Part shown: piece after piece, positions 51,581 to 64,000 of the stretch | Numbering within the stretch: position 1 is the stretch's first letter | How the letters are laid out: each line of letters starts with the position of its first letter | Assembly: GCA_951406725.2 (NCBI GenBank) | Contig: OX597817.1 | Coordinates: 116,932,001 to 116,996,000 of the forward strand | Origin: Octopus vulgaris | Taxonomy: Eukaryota | Length of the DNA: 64,000 nucleotides | Reading direction: 5' to 3' | Notes under the pieces: model-generated | What the model saw: only the letters and a program-made list of their open reading frames with translations | What the model was told of the DNA's origin: nothing | Database searches by the model: none | Program-made: the position numbers and the translations under genes

Positions 51581-52484
51581 CTAATTTTATTTCATTGCTC
51601 CATTTATAGTCTTAATTTAAATCATACCTACCAGGATGTCACTTTCGACAATTACTGATTACCCAAATGCACTAATGGTTATTTATTCAAATACTGATTT
51701 AGAATCTGGCTATGTTTAGGAAAAAAACATTTACTGTATGTAGGTATATATGCATATATGTGTGTATGAATTTATGTTAGGATTTACCTTTAAAAGAATC
51801 ACAGAAATAAAAACAATTTGCAATTCAGAATCAAGAATTTCGGCAGCATCGTTTATATAGCCGTGTATTTTATCTGAATAAATCGTGTATATTTTAGAGT
51901 TGCACATTTATTTTAGAAGCGTATACTGATAATTTTCTAATAAGCTGTCTGTCTATTTCCTGGTTTTCTGAGCACTGTCATCTCTAAATTGGTGCTGAAG
52001 CGCATAGCCAAACACTGTAATAATTACCAGTGCAAAATAAAATATAATGCTCGTGTGGATCAACTGCATATTTATCATTAATACAGATGTTTCCTCAAGT
52101 AATCTTTAATAATATATGAAAATCTTTTGGGTAACTGATCTCTATAAAATAGGACGTCTTTTCACTGCACCATGTTTTTGTGTTTTACCAATATCTTGGC
52201 AAGAATAATTTAGTAGTGTTTCTATCCTTACAGGAATGGTGTCTTCCTCAGTGTTAGTTTTCTATCATTGTCCTTAGATTTGGCCTTTTCTAACAGTCAT
52301 TGGTTATCACATTTTCTCGATAACATTTTATCTAATTGTCACATACATATGTATTTTATATTTTCTTCGTACATTGATGGAATTTTCATAAAATCTGTTG
52401 TTGGCTGATGAGCCACTGTCAATCTTTTTCATGTAAAACCTCTTTCATGCAAAAATTGATATAAACTCTACAAAAACATATTTA

Positions 52485-53686
52485 CAAGGTACCCCATAAA
52501 GATGTTCCCATTGATACTTATTGATGCTTCAAAATTAACTAAAAATAGGATAATGAAATTCATCACACATCTTCTAAAGTAAATTATTAATCCATTCCAT
52601 AAATTACATTTCAAAATGACCACCTTTCGTCCTGTTTATAGCCTGGAAACGAGTGGTCACTGGGTTGCATGAGCGCAGTACCACGCCTTCATCTAACTTG
52701 ACCTATGAAGACAGAAAGACGTTCTTCAGATCTTATCCTCTAAGACAGACCAGGTAGCAAGGCCATATCGTCTTGTCTATAAAATCGTTGAAATACTCTT
52801 AGCATTACCTCCGTGTCAAATTAGATGTGTGGTCCGGATCTCCATCTTGAGTGATGATGTAACGGTCACCAAAGGTTTCTGTGATCCAGAGTAACACTTT
52901 CTTACCTAACTTTTCCACGTAAACTTCACTGCTGACTTTGAGGCTAGCAACGATAAAGATTAAGGGAGATTTGAACCCATCAGATGCAACGTCTGCCCAC
53001 AACATGAGTGAAGCTAACTTCTGAAGGCGTAAAGGCCACATGCTACCGTGGGACAAGTCTCCTGCATTACGTGCATAAAAACCTGTCATTCTACCTGTTG
53101 GCAACAGCTTCAATGATGGAGATCTTCGCGTCGGACCAGATCAACACTATATTAGCGGCGTGCCTCATCTCAAATAACCTGGTTTTCCCTTTTCTGAGGC
53201 ATTTCTTTTTAAAAGCTGCTGAAAGTTTTAAACCTTCTTTAAAAATCCTATGCATTGTCGATTTCGAAATATCAAGAGCTTTTGCAGTTTTTCTTGCACT
53301 CCAGTGGGGATATCGGTTCATTCTCTCCTTCACAGATTCAAAAGTTTGCTTCATACAAACAGGTCGTTTGCTACCAGGAATTGGCTTGTTAGAGGTAGTA
53401 GCGGACTTCGTATATCATCTCTAGATATTGAACACTGATTTACGACAAGCATTCAACCGTTTCGTTATGTCCTTGTTGCTCACTCCAGCTGTTTTCAAAG
53501 TGAAACTCTCGTCACGTTTTGCTTTAGACGCCATGTTTGTTTACAACCCTGTTATAGACAAACGAAACAACAGACACATGAACAAAAGACATATGCAAAT
53601 CTTTATATAAAATGTAGATAATATTACCTCACCCGATATTTTTAGAAAGAATTTTAAACATGAGTAAATCTCTCTGGGATACCCTG
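52485..53686 (-). mobile_element. Near full-length decayed Tc1/mariner (DD37D/maT-like)
   Basis: TIRs CAAGGTACCCCATAAAGATG and (reverse complement) CAGGGTATCCCAGAGAGATT with TA TSD. HTH MASKAKR..; IWSDAK, LMLWADVASDG, TQDGDPDHTS. Confidence 0.88.
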
Positions 53687-53713
53687 TAGCAATTCTTTGC
53701 TTTAATTATAAAT

Positions 53714-54290
53714 TCAACCAAATTAGCTAGTTAGAAAATCTCTATAAGAGATGACAGCAGTATCTATACTGAGAGGTGATGTCCATCACCACTTAGACAT
53801 GGCTGTTTCGTAGAAATCAACGTTACTACTATGTTTGACTCCAGGAGGACGCCTCTTCCAGCTGGGTATTCGATGCAATCTGAACCTCTTAAAAATAGGA
53901 GCAACGTCATTTCCTGCAGAACAGCCATCTTTGCGTGGCGGTAGACATAACCTCTCTGCGCTTATCACTTATAGAGTTTTTTCTAACTAGCTGATTTGCT
54001 TGCTGCAAGATCAGTTACTGTTTGACGCTAGGCGTTCCTTTATATATTGCAAGCTGGAGTGGACTATTGCTATCTCTAGCGGGCAAGTATCTAACAACGA
54101 GGATAACCAGAAAGAGATCGAAACCGTACAGTCTGATGGTCTCGTGGTCAGAAGATGGTTGGTATCCACTCCTCTGCTTGCAAATATATATCGGATGTAG
54201 AATGCACCGAATAACCAGCTACACGAGGCGTCCTCCTGGTATTAAAAATAGTATTAACGCCGGTTCGTACGGAAAAGCCATGTTTAAATG
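53714..54290. repeat. Interleaved inverted repeats
   Basis: 53719-53792 pairs with 53935-53998; 53791-53886 pairs with 54195-54290. Confidence 0.7.
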
Positions 54291-57200
54291 TCAAAAAAGA
54301 TTAATTCTAAATTGTTTTTGTTTATATAATTTCAAATGCACCTAACAAAAACGATATGAGTTCGTTGCTATGTACATGTGATCATGTTTGTAGCTTTATG
54401 TCTGTGAATACATGACTGTATTGTATTTAACACTTATTGATATTTACATTGATTTGGATATGTATAAAGAGCCTTGGACCGCAAGCAATCCATGAGTTGT
54501 ATTGCTAATAAAGAGTTCACAACAAAAATAGGGGAGATTTTATAAAAGGAATATAAGAAATGGATGATAGCTTTTATTTAATATCTTTAGTTGTAGACAG
54601 TTATTGCCGAATATACTTTTAGTATGTTTAAGTTCTGTATAAAAGTTTACGAAACTAACATTAGTCATAGGGCAGTATTTAATCAACAACGGCAATACAG
54701 AGAATGTATTTTAAGTGCAACTTAAAATATATATTTCCCTAAGCTACTATAATTTTTCTGTATATTGTTATTGATTTCACTGGTTTGCTACTTACCCTTT
54801 TATGTCATTACAAGTGTACAATATATTTATCATGGTCACTATAAATTCATCTTATTTAAGTTCTGAGACACTTTCTCAGTACTTCTGTGTCGTCCATAAA
54901 TCTTTGCTTTTATTTTTCCATGCCCTCACATAATTCTTTCTTTTGACGCTAAATTCCTAAGATGTGCATTCATCAAATGGTTTTATCATTTTCGATTTAG
55001 ATATTTTCAATTTTTTCTCTTCTTTTACATAGCTTGGCTGTCTTATATTTTAAAAGCTCTTTTTTAACATACCGTTTTATAACAAGATTAAGACAAACAA
55101 CTTGTAAATTCATTCAAATGATTTTCGGATTAACCTTTATTATACATGGGATAAAACGATTATCTATTTACATAATGAATTTGACTTCTCCTCCACGTAT
55201 AATGATGTCATACAATGTTTTCAAAATATGATTTGTGCTTATTTTACGTTATATTTGTACTGCTGGATTCGACAGGGTTAGCATGATTCCACTGGCGTGT
55301 GCCTTCGAGATAGTTGTTCGTGGAGTCATTTTAGGTTTAATATGTAGTGTCTAGGTTGGTTGTGGTTGGGCTCATGGTTGCAGAAGTAGGAGAGAGGAAT
55401 AAAGGGAGGTAACATATACATACGAGTTAGCCTATTTGGGCGAAACGGTAGGCTGGTGTTTGGAAAGCAGAAAGTGCGACCAAAACGTAAAGCTGCGGCA
55501 CACAAGATTTGTTCTTGTGTAGAACAGAACGGGCTTCATTAACACATGTCTATATGATGCGATCTGAGGGGAGGAGGCAAGCTATACAAAAGAAGAGAGT
55601 GGGAATAATTCCATAGACAGGAAATGTCCACAGGAAATATGCGTGTGGAACGAAGCCAGAAGCTTTACTTATGTCTGGAGCAACATCACTGAATTCAGCG
55701 AATATCTCTAAGTCAGTTGTGAGTGACATAACGGAATAAATCCCAAGTATTTAGGAGGTACGGTAGCCGTACTGACTGTCACTGAGGTGTGTGAGAGTGA
55801 TTCATATTGTTCGAAAACTTTATTGTTAATTACATTTTCCTTTACCTAGAAATGACAATTAAATCTACATATGTTAACTCCATATTCGCTTAAAATTTGT
55901 TTATTTTACCAACATAACCTTTTAAGTTACCAAGTTTTTATAAATGTCAATGGCTAAACGTTGCTACTGTATAACTCCTAGTAAGACTTGGTCGAATGAA
56001 CATATGATCCAAATATTCAAACCATTATATATTTTCTTGATTCTCAGAAAGAGGACGTTTCTGACTATAACTAGTTATCTCATTTTATGTAATGCGAGAG
56101 ATGAAGCTGTTATCTCAAGCAGGTTGAACGATAAGGAGGAAGTTCTTTTACTGTATGATTAAACAAAGTTTGTAACGATATCGAGCATATGCCTATATAT
56201 TTATCGTGTTCGACCTTCACTAATGACTATTATGTACAGATTAATATCACTTTTTATTTTGTAAGAGCAATGATAATAGATGACTAAACTAACTATAAGA
56301 TGTTTTATTTAAGCTGAAACTGTATATTACTCGTTAGGTTAATATAATACAAAGTAAATATAACAGAAAGCAAACACTTATTTTTATTTGTACAGTATCT
56401 TAAATGCATAAAGTAATCTTTTATATGTGATGAGGTTTATCAATTTCCCTAGTACATTTAATATGTATTAAGAAACCTGAGATTCTTCAGAATACCATAT
56501 TGCATAGCACTTCATAGTAGTAAAAAGGCATTCGTTAATTTATTTACAGTGATTCAAAGAAGCAAAAACATAAAAGTTAAACGTACAAAGTGCAAATCCG
56601 CCAACATGTGGATCTTTAATTTCTTGCGCTTTGGATCGTGTACTCTTAAAAGGAAGCGTTTTTCATGATTTAGAGCCGCGAGATGCAGTGCGTAAATAAA
56701 TAAATATATAATCAGCAGATGTATTCTAGCAACACATGCTTCAGTAAAGTGAGATTATCGAGAAATCTATTACATTTATGAGCACAAGTACACGAAATGA
56801 GAAAAAGCTTGTCATGTTTATTGTCTGTTTTGTTTCGTTTTTTTCTTTCTCTTTGCCGCTGAGGAAGAAACTAAAAATCATGATGAATACGAGCTTATAA
56901 AAAATATCAAGACTACACTGGAAATTCTCAGAAGTTGTTTCCTCTTTTCCAGGAATTTCATTTGACCCATTAATTTCTCATTTCATTAATAAGGACTTAT
57001 GCGTTTCATTAATGGTAAAATGAAACTTATCTAAAGTGTTTACTTATGTTATTGGTTTTTCATTTGTTCCATCATTACTCTAAACGAACTAATGGATACA
57101 TATATATTCTAAATCTAGAAAATTCAAGTGAGCATAATTTTTTTAAACTAGTGATAACTCTCTTCCCTTTAGTTTTTATATACCGAAGATCTTAAAAAAA

Positions 57201-59673
57201 ACAGATGACCCAGTCATCTGATAGTATTTTCTTCCTGAGCATATAAAAAAATTTCCTCTTTTCTCTTTGTATACAAAATTATGGGAAGCGTAAAATGTTT
57301 GTCATTTCTTATCAATATGTTTTACGTAAAATCTAATACGTTAACAATCATTTTTATAGTACTTACGCTTCTTTTAGTGGTTGAAACAATTTTAATATTG
57401 TTAAATTTGTATTAAGTTTGTCTAGAAGAAGGGAGAAGTGTAGTACCGGTCTGTCAGTGCATTGAGCTATGATGTTCAGAATAAACACTTACAAGTCGGT
57501 ATTATCATAACGAAAAGCAACGACATAATTATCTACTTATAGGTGTTGTAAATATGAAACTAAAGGGTTGACAACAGTGCCTAGTATAATGTGTTAGTGT
57601 AGTACAGCATACCGATAGAAGAGACAGTGGAATCAAGTGGATTATTCGTAGATAGAATATTTCTCTGAAGAGTGATACAAGAAATTAGCAGTAGTACAGT
57701 ACCCACTATAATGATTTACCAAGCTTGATAAGTGGAGCTAATATTAACAATACGATTTGATCATACTTACTTACTAACCCATTCTTTTAGAAAACTATCC
57801 TTTGTGTTTCTACGTCAGATTAAAGCAGAAACATGTCCTACAATACCACTTGTATTTCTCTGAAAATAGTTTTAGTCACCTAGTTGAATAATTCCTTCTG
57901 TTTTGTATCTAAATCCTTAGAAATTTAGCTAATTTTTACTATGCGACTGACGATATAACTTCATATATTTATCTAAAATTACTTTATATCACCATGCATA
58001 TGGTACACTGTAGAAAATACTTTAAGTGAACTACTCAAAATATAATGTCGTACATAATGTAACAAAATATGAATTTTATAAATTTCAACATTTATCCCGC
58101 AAAATTTTGAAAGAAGTGACGCTTAATTCGTCTCTGTTTGTAGTTGCAATATACAATACTGGACAGACATAGGATATCAATCACATGTCAGTTGCTAGAT
58201 AGTTTCCAATGTCGAAATCCTAAAATCTTTTAAAGCCTTTAAATTATGCCCATCATGTCTGTATATAAGGTATTTGGTAAATTTGAAGTGACAGAGTATA
58301 TACTAATGTTTCAATTTCTTTAAATCTTTTTGTATACTATTCCCCAAAATTTCCTTTGTAGAATGGAAGTTACGTGCTTGAGGTTCCTAAGAAAATGATT
58401 ATCTTAATATTCGATAATGGCATTTACATTTCGATATGAAAATAGTTTCATCAATAAGGTATGTAGTAATATTCAGGTTCTCATACAAGCTATCACACAC
58501 TACTTTACTTGGTATCAGCTTTCAAATGATACTTCAGCATTCATACACAAAACCATTGAAGAATTCTGTACGTGGTCTCTGACATGCAGGAAATAATAGC
58601 TAAATCGCCTTCAAAAATGTCGTACAATGTATACAAAAAAGAAGAATATAAGTATGGTTCTAGATTAAAATTCCCAACTAAATATCTGAAACATGTTCTC
58701 AGTAAGCATGCTTTAGGTCATACGAGGGACAAACAAATGAGAAAAAATGAACTTTCTTACAGTTCACTCTAGGTCAAAACAATTTTCGATTCTCTTTTTT
58801 CGTTTCATGCTATAATCTAAAGAGAACGATACTCCATTCATTAAAAAAAAAATTTTTTAAACAACTAACTTCAACATTTTCAGTTTTGTATATATAGTAA
58901 TGCTCTTAATATCAATCAGACAAAATATTGTGCTGCCTTTCTTGGTAAACAGAAGTGTCTGAACAAATTTGGTGATTAATGCGAGTTAGCCTGATTTATT
59001 CTCTACAATAAGGGAACTGTTTGGTGAGCCTAGATGGAAGGGTATCTTTCACGCTTCAACTAATATAGAGTTGTTTTAACTCTCCTTGAATACGCCCTGT
59101 TTCGTTTACAGCTCTACGTGCACAACGTTTTTCAAACTGGTAACATTCCAGAGTTTTTTGTCTTCTAGAATTACATGCAGGCTTCATGAGAAACGATTCA
59201 TCATTCACAATACTGTCTTGGAGATACTTGCTGACGTAGAGAAAACGGTTTGTTTATTCCTCTGGGAAAATGTCACTGAATATCACGATTCACTAGCCTT
59301 CCTTGGATTCTTTAAATATTTATTCTAAAGCAGATGATTCAAGCAAAAAGGTCTCTAGCTATTAATGTTGTTATTGTTGTTGTCGCTACTTTTCTTTCAG
59401 TTGCTGTTGATGCCTGTTATTTCTGTTCAGCCCAGATCATCAATGATATAACAGAGCTATGACTAAAAGCTTCCCAGTTATGAACATACCTCCTCCTTTG
59501 CATGGCTATGCTTGCATCATTGAATGCGTTATTTCCTGATGGTACTTGTTTTTGAAGGAAGATTTGGCTGCTGTCTCTGCCACATTTATCGCGGGGGATG
59601 GGTATGAATGATGTAATGGATATACCTTCGATTGTTGTTTTCTCCATATTCAGTATTCAATGTTTCCTTAATA

Positions 59674-60372
59674 TCATCTCATTTGCTATCTTTTTAGTAA
59701 TGTGTTTGCCTTCTCTTTCTTCTAGGTACATTTTTATTGCTCTGCCAGGCCCCCAATCCATTTCTGGCAGGATAAGTATGCCATATAACAGACTTATGAG
59801 AGTGATTTTAGCATGTTATAGCCACATTATGTTTTTGCATACATATATTATTATATGTGTTTATGTTTTGATTTAATTCTAAATTCTAGCTCTTGAAGCT
59901 ACACTACCACACTCTACGCCGTCGCTCCACATTTTCGAAGGAGAAATTTGAGAAAGTTATATCACATTAGATAATATTGTTCTTGATATCCTATGTCTGT
60001 TAAAAAAAGAGGAAGTCGTGAATGGTACTACCAAGACTATGAAAAGTATTAGGGAAACATTTAATACTGAATGTGGACCAAATAATAATCAAAGGTAGAT
60101 CCATTACATGATCCCTCACTTACCTGAGTGTGGCAGAAACAGCAGCCAAATCTTCCTTAAAAATATAATAACATATGTATGCAAAAACGTAATGCTGGCC
60201 ATAAGATGCTAAAATGACGCTCATAAATCTGTTATATGATATTCCTACCCTGTCAGAAATGGATGAGCGACCTGTCAAATATATTAAACTAATAATCACG
60301 GAGTCGTAAAAATGTACCTAGAAGGACGAAAAGGCAAACACGTTGATAAAAAGACATCAAATGAGAAGATGA
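59674..60372. repeat. Diverged ~180-200-bp inverted repeat
   Basis: 59674-59850 resembles the reverse complement of 60165-60372. Confidence 0.75.
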
Positions 60373-60519
60373 GTAGCTTCAAGTTTTAGATAAGAAATGC
60401 ACGGAAAGGTTGAAAATTTAAGCAAAGCTAAAATCAACATAAAACACTCCAAAATATTCAGGGACTGGAGTCATAAATACTTCCATAAGAACGTTCAAGT
60501 GTCATAAGTATTTCCATAA

Positions 60520-60780
60520 GTATTTTACAAGGGTATAGTGAAAATTTATATCAATGATACAAGGGCCCAAGGCTAAGTCCAGGAACAGAAGATGTATTTG
60601 TAGCTGCACAGGATCAACATCTAGCCACAAACACTCTTCACTTGAACTAATAAAACTGTAATACTGTTAACCTTTGATTGATTATAAAAATCACTGACCT
60701 TATCTTATCCATTTATCTAATTCTAACCACGCTAGAATATATCCAATCATGAGAAATTATGTTTCAATTTGTATGAACAC
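60520..60780 (+). mobile_element. R4/Dong-like LINE fragment
   Basis: LSPGTEDVFVAAQDQHLATN (AAQDQ motif). Confidence 0.5.
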
Positions 60781-63105
60781 CATAATGAAATCGATAATGA
60801 AAAGTCATAAACGGAAAAGTAAGAGGGAATTATTTCAAAATAAACAAATGATATTGAGAACAACTCGAATTCAAAGAAACATGGCAAAATAGATCCACAC
60901 GAAATGTCAAAGCATTAATTGCTATAAAAGCGAAAATGAACGATAAATTTCACAGGCGTTCGACTTCAACTGCAAACCATTTTCATCAGACACGAGGTCA
61001 AAATATAATCGAACATGGAGATGTATTAATTGGAAGGGTAATATATAAATTCTGAGAAGTATGGGAGATAAAAGGGTCACCACACTTTGATTCAATAGAA
61101 CAAATACATCGTAGTAATGGTGTATCGCTGGTATAAATATTAGAAATTACATCATGCATTGACTGCCAAAATAGTTTTGGCAATGTTATGCAATGGTGGA
61201 TTTCAAACAGAATTACCATGAGTAATGTAATCCCAAACAAGCGATACTTCAAATAAGGCATGAATAAATGAACGCTAATTTTTCAGATACCCATAGTAAG
61301 GTACAAATGTCCTTTCATTATATAAAATGAAAGGACGCACCCTCTCCTAACCTGTTTTCGCTGATTCTCATTAAATCTAATGAACATTCCATATTTGTTT
61401 GTTTATGGTTGACTTCAAGATATCTACTGTAAATTATAACCAACGTGAAACATTGGCAAAGATATTGCACGGATTTCCTAGCGGTGGTAGATACAATGGT
61501 ACACATTTTAATTTAAACTCGCGGTGAAGGCAAACTTGAATAAATTAATATATAAATATAAGCAGTAATATAATTTCAGATAACGAAATTAAGATAGACA
61601 AGTAAATCAATCACAGATTTATAAATATACATAAATTGATCTATACAAAATATAACGCTCGACATTTGGGGAATTAGTTTTGGAAATATATAAGATTAAT
61701 ATGTAAAAAATTACTTTTTTAAAATGACCTATATTCAGCATGCTAGCTCTATTAATAAATTTATTGTCACATGATTCTAAACTGCATTCCAACTGAATTA
61801 GAACAAATCAAATTAGCAAAGATACAATTTAAATACATGATTCGTAATTGGACAGAGAAATACTATATAAAAAACGCATACATGGACACACTTCCATCTG
61901 CAACCTCAAGAACAGAATGTACACGATCTGCATTTGGCTACTTCTTCTTTCCACTATTTTGCTTTCTATTTATTTATGGTTAAGTACAGCTAAATATGAG
62001 ATCTACTGTTTCTCTGAATCTTGAGCTCTGGTTTACGGCTATTTCATGGTCTGTATATTTAATAGCTTTTCTCGTCAAGTTTCCTTTAGTATATTTTGAA
62101 ATATCACTTTGATTTTGTTGATATGTAAATATTTTCCTTCGGTGTATTTTGTTCTAGATCGTACGCTACAGTTTATTTATACATTGAGGAAAATTGTTCT
62201 GTATTCCACATACAGCATTATAACATTTAATCAATTTATCCTTATATGCTTCAAATACTTTTCTACAACGAAAGAACTATCGTTTGTTGGCTTTTAAATA
62301 TTTACATCGAAGCTCATTCCTTTTGTTTTCAGTGTACATTTAATATAAATATATCATTGTTTTCGTAGGAAAACACAGAATGGCTTTGTATATCCCTGTA
62401 TTAACTTCCTAACATCTTTAATTCAATTAACTTACAATTTAAGGTGAGAATGTTCTTTTAAATGTAATGGTAACTGCATGTATAATTTGTATCCTTATTT
62501 CTAGCATTGTTTTCAGTTTTCATATTGTTCTTTCCCTTACATAGTGTATTTTCGTCTTGTCTTCAACATTTCTGTGGCATATTTTATGAGTATGATCGTA
62601 ACCAAAGTATTTTAGCGGGTAGTTTTGCTCTGAGACATTTTATTTTTCTTTTCGAATGCGTATTTAATTTAATGCTTCCGGTTTTGATATATTTACTTTC
62701 CCGTGTCGTAGTTTTCGCCAAATTCTCTAATCCAATATTTATGCTCATATCATTATTGGATTCATGAATGTTTTCTCCAGATCAGTGCTGCTATCCACAT
62801 CATGAGAATCCTTTATATTTTTTGCACTGCTTTTATAATATTTGGCGGTTCATTCTAGAGATTTCTTTATGAAATCTGTAAATATGTATGTCTTTAATAA
62901 AATAGGTTTCCTGCTTATTGATATTACGCCAGTTTTAATTATCTTCCATTTGACTCAATACTAAGCAAATCCCTATTTTCATATGACATAGTGGGATGTA
63001 CACTGTATTCTGTCGCATTTATTAATAATATGCTAAAAAGTTAATAAAGAATTTCCTGTAATCAAACCGTAACATGTTGCCTATAATAATCCAAATCTTT
63101 AGTGA

Positions 63106-63345
63106 GTGGAGGCACGGGGCTTAGTGGTTAGGTCGTTGGACTCATGATCGTAAGACTGTGGTTTCGATTCCGGGACCGGGCGACGGGTTGCGTTCTTGAG
63201 CAAAACATTTCATTTCACGTTGCTCCAGTCCGCTACTCTCGCCAAAATGGGTGATCCAGTGACGGATCGGCGTCTCGCCAAAGTGGGGAATATATTCGCC
63301 ATGAAACCGGGAAACCGGCCCTTACTTGTCGGTATGGCTTGAGAA
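63106..63345 (+). mobile_element. tRNA-derived SINE (family B)
   Basis: GTGGAGGCACGGGGCTTAGTGGTTAG..GGTTTCGATTCC..GAAACCGGGAAACCGGCCC. Confidence 0.85.
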
Positions 63346-64000
63346 GATAAATATAACTATCCTGATCTATCTTTAGTAGTGGTTCTTGCTGCTCTCTATT
63401 TCTTCCCTGTCCCATTTATGCACTTTCGGTTATTTCTATGCAGGTAAACAGTCAACACGGCCTTCTTTATGGATGTAAAAGAATCATAATTTTGGAGCAA
63501 ATTGTAGACCTGTTCTTTGGATTGCCCCAATTGCTTTTGCTTTGAGAAATCAATGATTCTTTTCTCCGACATCCATTCATGCCTTGACACTTGTTTGTTT
63601 ATCAGTTCGGTAAAATCGACTGCCAAATATTCGTGAATGCTCAACTGGTGTTTCAGTGAAAAAACTGGTGACCAAGCGTTTTCCTGTTGCAGATAGTTTA
63701 GTTGCTGAATCCATTATCAGCTTTGGTTAGCCAGGTCTACTGTGCCATTTTATTTGCAGCAATTTCCAGTATACCTTATATTGTGCTGAATTTTATTATC
63801 AGCTCAAAAGTCCGATGGAAATCCTGTTGCTCGTATTAGGTGGCGCCGGAATTGTTTCTTAATATTCCTGGCAATAACAGTTTAGTGTTTGATTTTGTTG
63901 TTTCGACGCCCACAGACGGTGAAGTAGGCTAGCCCAATACGTAGATATAGAGGGAGAAGTCTAGACGTCGAGTTGAGTAGCAGTCGGTGTAAGAGAAGAG

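Noticed and set aside
55256-55834. Solo LTR (GC-richer block with TG...CA ends)
   Set aside because: No convincing target-site duplication, PBS or second copy.

Overview
AT-rich, microsatellite-dense animal DNA with no host protein-coding exon I can support. The SINE families suggest an octopus (cephalopod) genome; that is inference. The window is intronic or intergenic and packed with transposon relics. The one long real ORF (28838-30931) belongs to a young Penelope-like retroelement (RT + C-terminal GIY-YIG) inserted in a (TA)n tract. It carries an ~820-bp inverted copy of its 3' end, a perfect 34-bp fold-back at its 5' truncation, and a minimal U3-A8 variant hammerhead ribozyme (HHR) motif in each arm. 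About ten further HHR-like motifs (most degenerate) sit in small non-coding elements, mostly next to (TA)n tracts. One appears to be the tail of a tRNA-headed SINE. Also present: non-autonomous Helitrons and a Helitron helicase relic; RTE, R4/Dong, CR1-like and Tx1/L1-like LINE relics; three Tc1/mariner relics; many tRNA-derived SINEs. Most short ORFs in the track are microsatellite or antisense artefacts. Boundaries of old repeats are approximate, and all alignments were done by eye.
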